A stretch of DNA of 60,000 bases, from positions 44,766,001 to 44,826,000 of the forward strand of contig NC_086108.1 of NCBI RefSeq assembly GCF_963921235.1, read 5' to 3'. Both the position numbers and the translations under genes were made by a program. This stretch comes from Mobula hypostoma (lineage: Eukaryota). The notes under the pieces are model-generated. The model saw only the letters and a list, made by a program, of their open reading frames with translations. It was not told where the DNA came from and ran no database searches. Positions within the stretch are counted from its first letter, which is position 1, and each line of letters starts with the position of its first letter. Positions 1 to 12,220 of the stretch are shown piece by piece.

Positions 1-300
1 GAGGCAAGGGGAGAAAAAAACCAGAGGACATGGGTTTAGGGTGAGGGGGGAGAAGTTTAAAGGGAACATTGGGGGGGGGCTTCTTCACACAGAGAATGGT
101 GGGAGTATGGAATGAGCTGCCAGACGAGGTGGTAAATGCGGGTTCTTTTTTAACATTTAAGAATAAATTGGACATGGATGGGAGGTGTATGGAGGGATAT
201 GGTCTGTGTGCAGGTCAGTGGGACTAGGCAGAAAATGGTTCAGCACAGCCAAGAAGGGCCAAAGGGCCTGTTTCTGTGCTGTAGTTTCTATGGTTCTATA
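1..300 (+). mobile_element. 3' end of a CR1-type LINE (same family as the insert at 54973-55608)
   Basis: TRGHGFRVRGEKFKG-type ORF2 C-terminal remnant, then a 3' UTR ending gtttctatggttctat; close reverse complement of 54973-55280. Confidence 0.75.
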
Positions 301-3300
301 TGACAGTCCCGCCATCCCGGGAATTAACCTTGTGAACCTACGCTGCACTCCCTCAATAGCAAGAATGTCCTTCCTCAAAGTTGGAGACCAAAACTGCACA
401 CAGTACTCCAGGTGTGGTCTCACCAGGGCCCTGTACAGCTGCAGAAGGACCTCTTTGCTCTTATACTCAAATCCCCTTGTTATGAAGGCCAGCATGCCAT
501 TAGCTTTCTTCACAGCCTGCTGTACTTGCATGCTTGCTTTCAGCCATGTATTCAACCTGAGCCTGAGGCTCCGGAGGGTTCCTGTACTGTGGAAGATGTC
601 CTGCCTCGTCCCTGTGCCGAAGACGCCGCGCCCCAGTGGCCTCAATGACTACAGACCGGTGGCATTGACCTCCCACATCATGAAGACCCTGGAGAGACTT
701 GTTCTGGAGCTGCTCCGGCCTATGGTGAGGCCACACTTGGATCCCCTCCAGTTCGCCTACCAGCCCCGACTAGGAGTTGAGGATGCCATCGTCTACCTGC
801 TGAACCGTGTCTATGCCCACCTGGACAAGCCAGCAGGTACTGTGAGGGTCATGTTTTTTGACTTCTCCAGTGCGTTCAACACCATCCGCCCTGCTCTGCT
901 GGGGGAGAAGCTGACAGCGATGCAGGTGGATGCTTCCCTGGTGTCATGGATTCTTGATTACCTGACTGGCAGACCACAGTATGTGTGCTTGCAACACTGT
1001 GTGTCCGACAGAGTGATCAGCAGCACTGGGGCTCCACAGGGGACTGTCTTGTCTCCCTTTCTCTTCACCATTTACACCTCGGACTTCAACTAATGCACAG
1101 AGTCTTGTCATCTTCAGAAGTTTTCGGATGACTCTGCCATAGTTGAATGCATCAGCAAGGGAGATGAGGCTGAGTACAGGGCTACGGTAGGAAATTTTGT
1201 CACATGGTGTGAGCAGAATTATCTGCAGCTTCATGTGAAAAAGACTAAGGAGCTGGTGGTGGACCTGAGGAGAGCTAAAGTACCGGTGACCCCTGTTTCC
1301 ATCCAGGGGGTCAGTGTGGACATGGTGGAGGATTACAAATACCTGGGGGTACGAATTGACAATAAACTGAACTGGTCAAAGAACACGGAGGCTGTCTACA
1401 AGAAGTGTCAGAGCTGTCTCTATTTCCTGAGGAGACAGAAGTCCTTTAACATCTGCCGAACGATGCTGAGGATGTTCTACGCGTCTGTGGTGGCCAGTGC
1501 TATCATGTTTGCTGTTTTGTGCTGGGGCAGCAGGCTGAGGGTAGCAGACACCAACAGAATCAACAAACTCATTCGTAAGGCCAGTGATGTTGTGGGGATG
1601 GAACTGGACTCTCTCACGGTGGTGTCTGAAAAGAGGATGCTGTCTAAGTTGCATGTCATCTTGGACAATGTCTCCCATCCACTAGATAATGTACTGGGTG
1701 GACACAGGAGTACATTCAGCCAGAGACTCATTCCACTGAGATGCAACACAGAACGTCATAGGAAGTCATTCCTGTCTGTGGCCATCAAACTTTACAACTC
1801 CTTCCTTGGAGGATCAGACACCCTGAGCCAATAGGCTGGTCCTGGACTTATTTCATAATTTACTGGCATAATTTACAGATTACTATTTAACTATTTATGG
1901 TTTTCTTACTATTTATGGTGCAACTGTAACGAAAACTAATTTCCCCCGGGATCAATAAAGTATGACTATGACTATGTGACTGATGTACAAGAACACCCAG
2001 ATCTCATTGTACTTCTCCTTTTCATAACTTGACTCCATTTAGATAATAATTTGCCTTTCTGTTCTTACCACCAAAGTGGATAACCTCACGTTTATCCACA
2101 TTAAACTGCATCTGCCATACATCTGCCCACTCACCCAGCCTGTCCAAGTCAGCCTGCATTCTCATCACATCCTCCTCATATTTCACACTGCCACCCAGCT
2201 TTGTGTCATCAGCAAATTTGCTAATGTTACTTTTAATTCCCTCATCTAAATCATTAATATATATTGTAAACAGCTGCAGTCTCAGCACTGAACCTTGCGG
2301 TACCCCACTGGTCACCACCTGCCATTCCGAAAGGGACCCATTAATCGCTACTCTTTGTTTTCTGTCAGCCAGCCAATTTTCAATCCATGTCAGTACTCTG
2401 ACCCCAATACCATGTGCCCTAACTTTGCCCACTAATCTCCTATATGGGACTTTATCAAAGGCTTTCTGAAAGTCCAGGTACACTACATCCACTGGCTCTC
2501 CCTTGTCCATTTTCATAGTTACATCCTCAAAAAACTCCAGAAGATTAGTCAAGCACGATTTCTCCTTCGTAAATCCATGCTGACTCGGACCGATCCTGTT
2601 ACTGCTATCCAGATGTGTTGTAATTTCATCTTTTATAATTGACTCCAGCATCTTTCCCACCACTGACGTCAGGCTAACCGGTCTATAATTCCCTGTTTTC
2701 TCTCTTCCTCCCTTCTTGAAGAGAGGGACAACATTAGCCTCCACGATTTCTAAAGCCACCTCCTTAAGTACCCTGGGATGCAGACCATCAGGTTCCGGGG
2801 ACTTATCAGCCTTCAGACCCAACAGTCCATCCAACACCATTTCCTGCCTAATATAAATTTCCTTCAGTTCCTCCATTACCCTAGGTCCTTGGCCACTATT
2901 ATATCTGGGAGATTGTTTGTGTCTTCCCTAGTGATGACAGATCCAAAGTACCTGTTCAACTCGTCTGTCATTTCCTTGTTTCCCATAATAAATTCACCCG
3001 TTTCTGTCTTCAAGGGCCCAGTTTTGGTCTTAACTATTTTTTTCCTTTTCACATACTAAAGAAGCTTTTACTATCCTCCTTTATATTCTTGGCTAGTTTA
3101 CTTTCGTACCTCATTTTTTCTCTGCGTATTGCCTTTTTAGTTACCTTCTGTTGCTCTTTAAAAGTTTCCCAATCTTCCGGCTTCCCACTCATCTTTGCTA
3201 TGTTATACTTCATCTCTTCTATTTTTATACTGTCCATTATTTCCCTTGTCAGCCACGGCCTCCCCTTAGGATCTTTCTTCCTCTTTGGAACGAACTGATC

Positions 3301-3710
3301 CTGCACCTTCCGCATTATTCCCAGAAACACTTGCCATTGCTGTTCCACTGTCATCCATGCTAGGGTATTGTTCCATTGAACTTTGGCCAGCTCCTCCCTC
3401 ATAGCGCCATAGTTCCCTTTGTTCAACTGTAATACTGACACTTCCGAGTTTCCCTTCTCCCTTTCAAATTGTAGATTAAAACTTATCATATTATGGTCAC
3501 TAACTCCTAATGGCTGCTTTACCTCGAGGTCCCTGATCAAATCCGGTTCATTCCACAACACTAAATCTAGAATTGCGTTCTCTCTGATAGGCTCCAGTAC
3601 AAACTGTTCTAAGAATCCATCTCGGAGGGACTCCACAAACTCTCTTTCTTGGAGTCCAGCACCAACCTGATTCCTCCAGTCTACCTGCATGTTGAAATCC
3701 CCCATAACAA
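301..3710 (-). mobile_element. Degenerate CR1 LINE ORF2 (endonuclease end, RT, C-terminus) interrupted by a Rex1-like element
   Basis: ORFs 3049-3705 (GDFN, SDHN), 2022-2876 (YLDFQKAFDKV, GVPQGS, KFADD) and 157-645 (LVRPHLEYCVQFWSP); host sequence continues across 543/1977. Confidence 0.9.
544..1976 (+). mobile_element. 5'-truncated Rex1/Babar-type non-LTR retrotransposon
   Basis: RT motifs DYRPVALTSHIMK, DFSSAFNTI, GAPQGTVLSPFLF; in-frame stop at ~1091; 3' end gggatcaataaagt plus (atgact)n tail. Confidence 0.85.
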
Positions 3711-4988
3711 ATGTAGCATTACCTTGTATAGCAGCATTGCATCAAAAATTACTATGTTACAATAAAAAAACATGGAACAGTTCAAAGCAGGAATAGTGAG
3801 CGACTGTTCATGGGTTTCTGGAGAACTCAGAAATCTGGTAACCGAGGGGAAGAAGCTGTTCCTAAATGTTGGGTGTGCCTCCTCCCTGACAGTAGTAATG
3901 AAGAAAGGGCATGTCCCAGATGGCGAAGGTCCGTAATGATAAATGCTGACTTGTTGAGTCATCCTTTTCCAGATAACCTTGATGATGGGGGCTTGAACCC
4001 GTGATGGAGCTGGCTGAGTCTACAACATTTGATCCTCAGAATCAGGTTTAATACTACTGGCATATGTTGAAAAATTTGTTATTTTGTGGCAGCACTACAT
4101 TGCAATATATAACTATAAATTACAATAAGTAAACATTAAAAAAAAACTAATTAAGTAGCAGAAAAAGAGAGGGGGAGATATTGAGTTAGCTTCATTGGTT
4201 TATTGTCCGTTCAGAAATCTGAAGGCAGAGGGGAAGAAGTTGTTTCTGAAACAATGAGTGCATGTCTTCAAGCTCCTGTACCACCTCCTTGATGTTGGCA
4301 ACAAGGAGAGGGCATGTCCTGGCTGATGCTGCTCCTTAATGATAGATGCTACCTTTTGAAGGTGTCCTGGATGCTGGGGAGGCTAATGAGAGGGAGGTAC
4401 TTTTGAAGCTTCTTCACTTGTACTGAGATGATTGTGTTTAATGCTGAGCTGCAATCAGTAAACAACAGCCCAACATACCTATTGCTGTTGTCCACGTGGT
4501 TTAAAGCCAAGTGTAAAGTCAATAAGTTTGCATCCACTGTAGACCTGCCATAGTGCTAGGCAAATTGCAATAGGTTCAGGTCCTTGCTCAGGCAGGAGGT
4601 AACTCTAGCCATGATTAACCTTACAAAGCTCTTCAACTCAGATTTTTCTGAAACCACAGCCATGTGCGCTATTTGTCGTATGTGTGTGTGCTGTTGATGA
4701 TTTGTTTTGCACCTTGGCTACAGAGGAACGCTGTTTCATTTGTCTATATTTGTGTATGCTTGAATAATAAGTAAACTTGAACTTGTCTGCTACCAGATGA
4801 TTTTTTTTTTAACAATGAAAAGACTATTTTACCCAGATTTCTACATGTGCGCGATTTGGTTTAGTTGAAGAAAGCTTTTAACACATAGTCCTTAACTGAA
4901 AATTAGCTTTCTTGTATTTTTCATCGTGGATGGCAAGTAATTTCAAATCCTCCAAAATAACAAGTTTCAGTTCGATTTCCTATTCCAG

Positions 4989-5057
4989 TCCGCAGGCTTA
5001 GTATCGAGAAAAGTTCAGAAAAGGATCCTGTGGACTTTGAACCTTTAGCTAAAAGTG
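4989..5057 (+). CDS. IFT25: Intraflagellar transport protein 25 (HSPB11), internal exon (69 nt)
   Basis: ttccag|..|gtaagg; reads (V)RRLSIEKSSEKDPVDFEPLAKS, resembling human VQTLKIEKSTSKEPVDFE. Confidence 0.88.
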
Positions 5058-5170
5058 GTAAGGGCATTCAATAAACCTTTTTATTAAGTCATTAGAGTTA
5101 CGAGAATAAATTGTTCTGTCCAATTCACCTGGTAGGTTTCATCTTTTGGTGATTTATTTTGTCTAAACAG

Positions 5171-5214
5171 AACTTGAACATGCTGAGGAACAGCTTCAAT
5201 TAGAAGAATTTGCT
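5171..5214 (+). CDS. IFT25: IFT25 internal exon (44 nt)
   Basis: aaacag|..|gtaagt; (E)LEHAEEQLQLEEFA versus human DLVHTEGQLQNEEIV; phases fit both neighbouring exons. Confidence 0.88.
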
Positions 5215-6331
5215 GTAAGTATTTTTTCAAGTTGCCATATTGCTCAATGTAGAATGATTATAGATCAGGAGTTCAACAGAGAAGAAATGAGCTGTATCAA
5301 CCTCAGATAACTTCCCTTTAGGCACAACCATTCAGGTTACTGTTGTCACAGGATATGAAATTATAGGGGGTGGAGTTGATTTGCATGCAAGAGAATAGAT
5401 TACAGAGAAATAAGTTCAGAACGGGACTGATAGGAATGCTTTGACATCATAAACTCATGAGCTGAATGACTTGCGTTTTTCAAGAAAATATGAGAAGCTT
5501 ATAATAAAAAATTATAGCTCTCCCAGTGGTAGAAAGTGTAGTTTGAAGAATGCTGTACTGTGATGTTATTAATGAAATGTTACACTGTGTTGTAATGGCT
5601 GTTGAATGGTTCAGAACAATTTGAGCAAGATCTACTCCTCACCAAGATGGGAAGCACATTACAACAAAGATCCCAAAATCTAATAAAATACAAATGACCC
5701 CCCCCCACCCCAAAACTTTGTGGCTGTTTGGGTAATATAAATTACTAGCTGAAAGTTTGAGATACAGGGTAAAAGAATAAAATACACTCTTAGAGAATAA
5801 GAAAGGTAAATAAACAAATGTATTTACAGTTTTATCTATCTCTTGTTTCTTGACATACACAGATAAAGTGGCTTTATTTTATGGAAATATATTTCCATTC
5901 CTTAGTAATACAGGGGTACAAAAGTTGAAATGCAAAATATTTAATTGAAATACTGTTATTACATTAATTTATAGGCTCTTTCTCTCAAAACCAATTTGGT
6001 TTTACTCTCTTATGAAAGGGTGGATTTTGCTGTGCACCAGTATTCAGAATCTAGCTTCTTTTACAATAATTTGAGATAGTCAACTTTGAAATTTGTTTTT
6101 ACCCTGAACGTGAATTTTCCAGTATAGTTCAATAGACTGTAACATGAACTCCTGGCAGCATGCACTTACCCAGATACCCAACCAGATTGTTGTTTCTTTT
6201 GTTATACTAGTTGTAACAAACTAACTGAACATAGAAAAGGGCTCATATGTAGTTTTCTCCACTCGACTGTTAAGCTACTGGTGAAGCAGCATTTTATTTT
6301 AAAGTGAATTAAAGAAATCTTTTCTTTGCAG

Positions 6332-6439
6332 CTGGATGGAACAAGGGCGACACATCTACGATTTGTTATTAAATCAGCTTTTGACCATTTTGTATCAGTA
6401 CACAAAGTGACAGTAGAAGGTACAGAGGAAATCACTTAA
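6332..6439 (+). CDS. IFT25: IFT25 last coding exon
   Basis: tttgcag| LDGTRATHLRFVIKSAFDHFVSVHKVTVEGTEEIT*, resembling human ATYLRFIIVSAFDHFASVHSVSAEG; synteny with DIO1. The 5' exons are not in the window. Confidence 0.92.
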   Translation: MDGTRATHLRFVIKSAFDHFVSVHKVTVEGTEEIT

Positions 6440-6537
6440 GTCCATAGAACACAACTGTGAACTTTGTAAAGGGAAGATTGAATTGTGAAGTCCAGGTTTG
6501 TTAAGCAATTAATGTTATGTACATTCTTATTCTTCTG

Positions 6538-6543
6538 AATAAA
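6538..6543 (+). terminator. IFT25: Candidate IFT25 polyadenylation signal AATAAA
   Basis: First AATAAA after the stop, about 100 nt downstream. Confidence 0.6.
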
Positions 6544-6568
6544 CTCATGGCTTTGTAACATTACAGCC

Positions 6569-6574
6569 TTTATT
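6569..6574 (-). terminator. DIO1: Candidate DIO1 copy A polyadenylation signal (another at 6642-6647)
   Basis: TTTATT on + strand, downstream of the SECIS in the DIO1 direction. Confidence 0.45.
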
Positions 6575-6808
6575 GGTCATTCTGGAAAATATTTGATCAA
6601 AATCCGAATGGTGCATTGAAACATTTTCAAAGTGAAGATACTTTATTTCAAAATTGTTTCAACTCATCAGAATGGATTGTAACAGCTTTATAATAATTCA
6701 GATATAATAAAAAAAATTCACTCCTTTTAAATACATAGATATGCAAAGTATGTGTGGAATAATTGTTTAATAGTCCAGAATCAAAAAAACTTCATCCACA
6801 GATTTAAA

Positions 6809-6888
6809 TGATCTTAGCCATATTTCACAACATTAGACTACAGCCTTAATTTTGGCTGCAATCTTCATAAATAACATAGCTAAAATCA
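6809..6888 (-). promoter_or_regulatory. DIO1: SECIS-like hairpin of DIO1 copy A (form 1 geometry, non-canonical AUGA/UAAU core)
   Basis: Minus strand: TGATTTTAGCTATGTT-ATTT-ATGAA-GATTGCAGCC-AAAATTAA-GGCTGTAGTC-TAAT-GTTGTGA-AATATGGCTAAGATCA; 16-bp helix I, 10-bp helix II, apical AAA. Confidence 0.85.
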
Positions 6889-8178
6889 TTACACCCCAGT
6901 GGTTGACGTTCCAAATTCGTTAAATTCTAAGTGAAGCAGAATAATTGTTATGATTGGGTTTTTAAATTCTAGAAATTTGAAAAATGGATGGAAAAGAAGC
7001 AGGAAGATAAGATTTGTTAACATGAGAAATTGGCATGGATTTCTGGAAAGGAAGTCATCTGATCAATGTACTAGATTACACTGCAAAATTGTTTAAAATA
7101 AAAAAAAAGTAAAAATAGTGGAAAGCCAATGAATGTGCTGTACATGAATTTTCAGATAACTTTACACTCTAACCTTTGCCTTTAAAAACTAAAGAGCATG
7201 ATTATTAGAATAATGGCATGATCAAAAATTGGTTGACAAGTGTCACAATTGGAATAAAATGACTGGCAATAATAATTATAAATAGCACCATAATCAGTAT
7301 TTGGGCCTTAGCTCTTCACAATATATCAATGATTTAGATGAGGGAAGAAATTTAATTACCTGAAGTTTGACAATAATATAAAATTTAGTGGAATTGAGTT
7401 GCAAGGAGGCTCGAGGTGATTTAGAGTTTGAACAAGTGCACAAAGAATTGGCAGATGCATGCAACATTCATAATTGTTGTGCACTTTAGTAGGAGAAAAT
7501 GGTGGTGAATTATTTGAATTATGTGGTAAATAGTAAGCATTCTTGTATTCCACATACTGAAAGCAAAATCCAGATGTTGTAAAGTGTACTTGGGTTTAGC
7601 ATTGGGGATGCTAAACCCAAGTTTAGCACCCAAGTGTGGGGGGCGGTGGGACCCAAACAGCACATACAGGAGGGGTGAGGGGAGGGTAGGGCTGGAAAGG
7701 GGAAAGGAGACAAAGTAGTAGGGTTTCCTTTGCTTTTTGCTTGTTTACTATGCATACATTCATTTGACTTTCATTACGTTGTTATAAGAAAAAAGCAGCA
7801 TTGTACTTTAAGCTGATGTTGCTTCACAATAAAAACATTTGAAAACAGGAATCCGTTCTTTTTCATTTGTTAGTATTGTGAAATTGAATGTTTCAGAAAG
7901 CAGTAATTTATCAAGCATTTCCCACCACCAGCCCTAACTGAAAATTTTCAGTTTAAACTTTTAGTAATTAGTACAATTTATATTAAAACATAAAATACAA
8001 AGTTACCTTTCCTTATTTTCAAACCATCATATCCCAGTCATAGCAATTCAAACTGAGAAAATTATCAAGATGGAAATGAAAACTACTCAGATCAATTTAC
8101 AATTAGGCTTGATCATATGAAAAAGTCAAAGAAACCTTTCTCAGATTATACCAGTACTGAAAACTGCCAACATGTGGT

Positions 8179-8244
8179 TTAACTTTGGTTTTGCAAAATT
8201 AATCGTACTTCTTCTGGTTTGTATCCTGAAGGTCCTACGTCGCC
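8179..8244 (-). CDS. DIO1: Type I iodothyronine deiodinase copy A, exon 4 coding part
   Basis: tttcag| GDVGPSGYKPEEVRLILQNQS*; compare human GKSGPWNYNPEEVRAVL. Confidence 0.92.
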   Translation of the reverse strand, partial: GDVGPSGYKPEEVRLILQNQS

Positions 8245-8694
8245 CTGAAATACATGTAAATATATAGTTATGAGAAATTAAGCACCATTGCTTTCAGAGA
8301 TTGACAGTGTTTTGATCTGCCTTGTCTGATTCATACCTGTGACAGATCAATTTGTTTCACTCTTCTCTTCAGTAACATTTTACTCCATGATTACTGCTAG
8401 AAACACAAGACGTCTTTGAGTCTGTAACCCTAAAGTTCCATTTTATGACAAATTAATGGAAAACAATGGCAATTTAATGTGCTGGGTGGGTGGGGGGGGG
8501 TTGTGGTGGTGGGGTTAAGGTTCCAGTACCTATTAAGTGCTCCTAATGGTTTGCGTCAACTAAGTCCAGCTCCTTGCCTTCATGTGTGGCTTAGCTACTA
8601 AGCTGGGTGGAACACTTTCTACTGGCAAGAGAAGGGGCAAAAGTGGGTTAACTGGTGCCTTAAAACCAGTCGCTCTGGGCAGATAGGGCTCACA

Positions 8695-9810
8695 GAAATA
8701 TAGAAAACCTACTGCACAATACAGGCCCTTCGGCCCACAAAGTTGCGCTGAACATGTCCCTACCTTAGAAATTACTAGGCTTACCCATAGCCCTCTATTT
8801 TTCCAAGCTCCATGTACCTATCCAAAATTCTCTTAAAAGACCCCATCTTCTCTGCCTCCATCACCATTGCCAGCAGCCCATTCCACACATTCACCATTCT
8901 CTGCATTAAAAAGCTTACCCCTGACATCTCTGTACCTACTTCCCAGCACCTTAAACCTGTGTACTCTTGTGGCAACCATCTCAGCCCTGCGAAAAAGCCT
9001 CTGACTATCCAGACAATCAATGCCTCTCATCATCTTATACACCTCTATCAGGTAACCTCTCATCCTCTGTCACTCCAAGGAGAAAAGGCCAAGCTCACTC
9101 AACCTGTTTTCATAAGGCATGCTCCCCAATCCAGGCAACATCCTTGTAAATCTCCTCTGCACCTTTTCCATGGTTTCCACATCCTTCCTGCAGTGAGGCG
9201 ACCAGAACTGAGCACAGTACTCCAAGTGGGGTCTGACCAGGGTCTTACAAAGCTGCAACATTACCTCTCGGCTCTTAAGCTCAATCCCACAATTGATGAA
9301 GGCCAATGCACCGGATGCCTTCTTAATCACAGGGTCAACCTGCGCAGCTGCTTTGAGCGTCCTATAGACTCAGACCCCAAGATCACTCTGATCCTCCACA
9401 CTGCCAAGAGTCTTACCATTAATACTATATTCTGCCATCATATTTGACCTACCAAAGTGAACCACCTCATTATCTGGGTTGAACTCCATCTGCCACTTCT
9501 CAGCCCAGTTTTGCATCCTATCAATATCCCGCTGTAACCTCTGACAGCCCTCCACACTATCCACAACACCTCCAACCTTTGTGTCATCAGCAAACTTACT
9601 AATCCATCCCTCCACCTCCTCATCCAGGTTCTTTATAAAAATCACGAAGAGTAGGGGTCCCAGAACAGATCCCTGAGGGACGCCACTGGTCACCGACTTC
9701 CATGCAGAATATGACCCGTCTGCAACCACTGTTTGCCTTCTGTGGGCAAGCCAGTTCTGGATCCACAAAGCAACGTCCCCTTGGATCCCATGCCTCCTTA
9801 CTTTTGAGCA
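8695..9810 (-). mobile_element. 5'-truncated CR1 LINE in DIO1-A intron 3
   Basis: ORFs with GVPQGSVLGP, KFADDTK, LVRPHLEYCAQFWSP. Confidence 0.85.
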
Positions 9811-10299
9811 TGGCTTGTTACCCATGGTTAGCATCCCACCTAGGAGGAAATCTCTGATCGCAAACCGCCTGTCTTGTGGCAATACCCACTCACGGGGAAG
9901 GCTTCAGGAGTAAATCCCAAAGAAAAATCAGAGGCTGGGGTCCCTAATTGACTGGCAGTTCCTGAGATGCAGCTGGTGTCAAGCTGTATCAGTTTCTGCC
10001 ATTCCTTTGGATTCATCAGCTGCATGGAGAGGGGGAGCTGCTGCATGGGCAACAGCTTGCTCTCCATATTGTACTGTCCTGGCTTGTGTATCATGTAGAC
10101 AGCTAGGATGCAACATCCATGGTCGGCCTCACTCGCTGTAGATTCATTGTGTCAATAGCATCAACAACATGTAAAAACCAGTTATTCAAAACGATTTTGA
10201 AATAGTATCCTGCTATTTGGTACAGTTTTCTTTAAATTTGAGCAAGTTAATTCTACTGGTAAACTTGGATTGAAAAGTCAAAAACGCATTTACAGGACC

Positions 10300-11720
10300 A
10301 CATGACACAGGAGCAGAATTAGGCCATTAAGTCCATTGAGTCTGCTCCAGCATCCCATCTTGGCTGATTTATTATCCCTCTGAGCCCCATTCTCCTGTTC
10401 TTTCCCTGTAACCTTTGATATCCCTACCATTCAAGAACCTATCAAACTCTGCTTTAAATATACAAAGTGATTTGGCCTCCACAGCCATATGAAGCAACAA
10501 AATTCCAGTTTCACCACTTGCTGGCTAATGAACTTCCTCCGCATCTCCGTTCCAAAGGGACAATGTCCTATTCTGAGGCTGTGCCCTCTAGGTACTAAAG
10601 TCCCCCAATACAAGATACATTCTACCCAGTTCCACTCTATCTGGGCCTTTTAATATTTGATAGGTTTCAATGAGATCTCCCCCCTCATTCTTTTAAAATC
10701 CAGTTCACCACATTTTTTGATAATTGTTTGGAAACCATTGATTTTATTTTCCCCCTCATCTTTCTCATATTTACACAATCTTCCCTTTTCAGTTTTTCCA
10801 TTCAATCACAAAAGACATGCGCAAAATGTAAAATTCCATGTTTACATTTTCCCAATTTAGAAAGCTCAATTGTGAATTTACTCAACTGTGCTATTTTAGT
10901 CTTGCCAACTTCTGGCACCATGCCAAGTCCCAAGACCCTCTCTTACCTTGCTTACATCCTCCTTTAATCAGAGCGAAAACACAATCAATTGAGATGCAAA
11001 GGGACTTGGGAGTCCTTGTGCAGGATTCCCTAAAGGTTAATTTGCAGGTCAAGTCTGGTGAGCAAGGCAAATGTGATGTTAGCATTCATTTCAAGAGGAC
11101 TAGAATACAAAAGCAAAGATGCAGTGTTGAAGCTTTATAAAGCATTGATGAAGCCTCACTTAAAGTATTGTGAGCAGGTTTGGGCCCCTTATCTTAGAAA
11201 GGATGTGCTGAAACTTGAGAGTTCGAAGGAGGTTCACGAAAATGATTCCAGGAGTGAACTCTCAAACTCAGTGTCTGATGGCTGTGGGCCTGTATTCACT
11301 GGAATTCAGAAGAACAGCGTGGAGGGGAGGGAGGTGACCTCATTGAAACCTATCAAATAGGTGGAAAGGCCTTGACAGAGTGATGTGGAGAGGATGTTTC
11401 CTATGGTGGGAGAGTCTTAAGACCAGAGAACACAACCGCAGAATAGAGGGGCAACCTTTTAGAACAGAGATGAGGAATTGCTTTAGCCAGAGGGTGGTGA
11501 ATCTGTGGAATTATTTGCCACAGGCTGCTGTAGAGGGCATCTTTATGTATTTTTAAGGCAGAGGTTGATAGATTCTTAATTGGTCAGAGCATGAAGGGAT
11601 ACAGGGAGAAGATAGGAGATTAGGGCCAAGAGGAAAAGTGGATCAGCCATGATGAAATGGCAGAGCAAACTCAATGGGCCAGATGGCCTAATTCTGCTCC
11701 TATATCTTACAGTCTTATCA
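10300..11720. mobile_element. Old CR1 3'-end fragments in both orientations
   Basis: RGHSLRI and KANVMLAFISRGLEYKSKD remnants; CR1-like 3' UTR gcctaattctgctcctat. Confidence 0.7.
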
Positions 11721-11980
11721 ATTTTTAAAAATTTAATTAATTTGCTTATTTATTGACATACAGTGCAGAGTAGGCCTTCTGGCCCTTTGAGCCATGCCAT
11801 CCAGCAATCCCCCAATTTAATCCTATCCCAATCATGGGACAATTTACAATGTCCGATTACTCTACCAACTGGTACATCCTTGAACCACACAGTATGGGAA
11901 GAACATAGAAACTCCTTGCAAGCAGAGTGGGAATGTCATGGATAAAAACCAGACTTTTTAGGTTTGAAATTTATTTTCAT

Positions 11981-12220
11981 TAGGGGCAGCACAGTGGCTT
12001 AGAGTTTAGTGCAACACTGTTATAGTGCCGATGATATGGGTTCACTTCCTGCTGCCGTCTGCAAGGAGTTTGTACGTTCTCCCCGTGACCATATAGGTTT
12101 CCTCCCACATTCCGAAGATGTGGCCAATTAACCACCCAACTCGTACATGGGTGTTACTGTGCAGTGCGGGTTGTTGGGCAGAAGGGCCTATTACCGTGCT
12201 GTATCTCTAAATAAATAATT
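11981..12220 (+). mobile_element. tRNA-derived V-SINE-like element (copy at ~58000-58240)
   Basis: A/B-box-like head, gtttgtacgttctccccgtgacc...ggtttcctcccacattcc core, (taaa)n tail. Confidence 0.65.

Noticed and set aside
7770..7830. Second SECIS candidate on - (GTGA...CAGCTTAAAGTACAATGCTG)
   Set aside because: Only 4 bp pair, the spacing to AAA is too long and there is no 3' GA
8085..8120. ATGA...AAA...TGAG on - just after the DIO1 stop
   Set aside because: 3' arm too short to form helix II
11981..12060. tRNA gene
   Set aside because: Degenerate tRNA-like head continuous with a SINE body and tail
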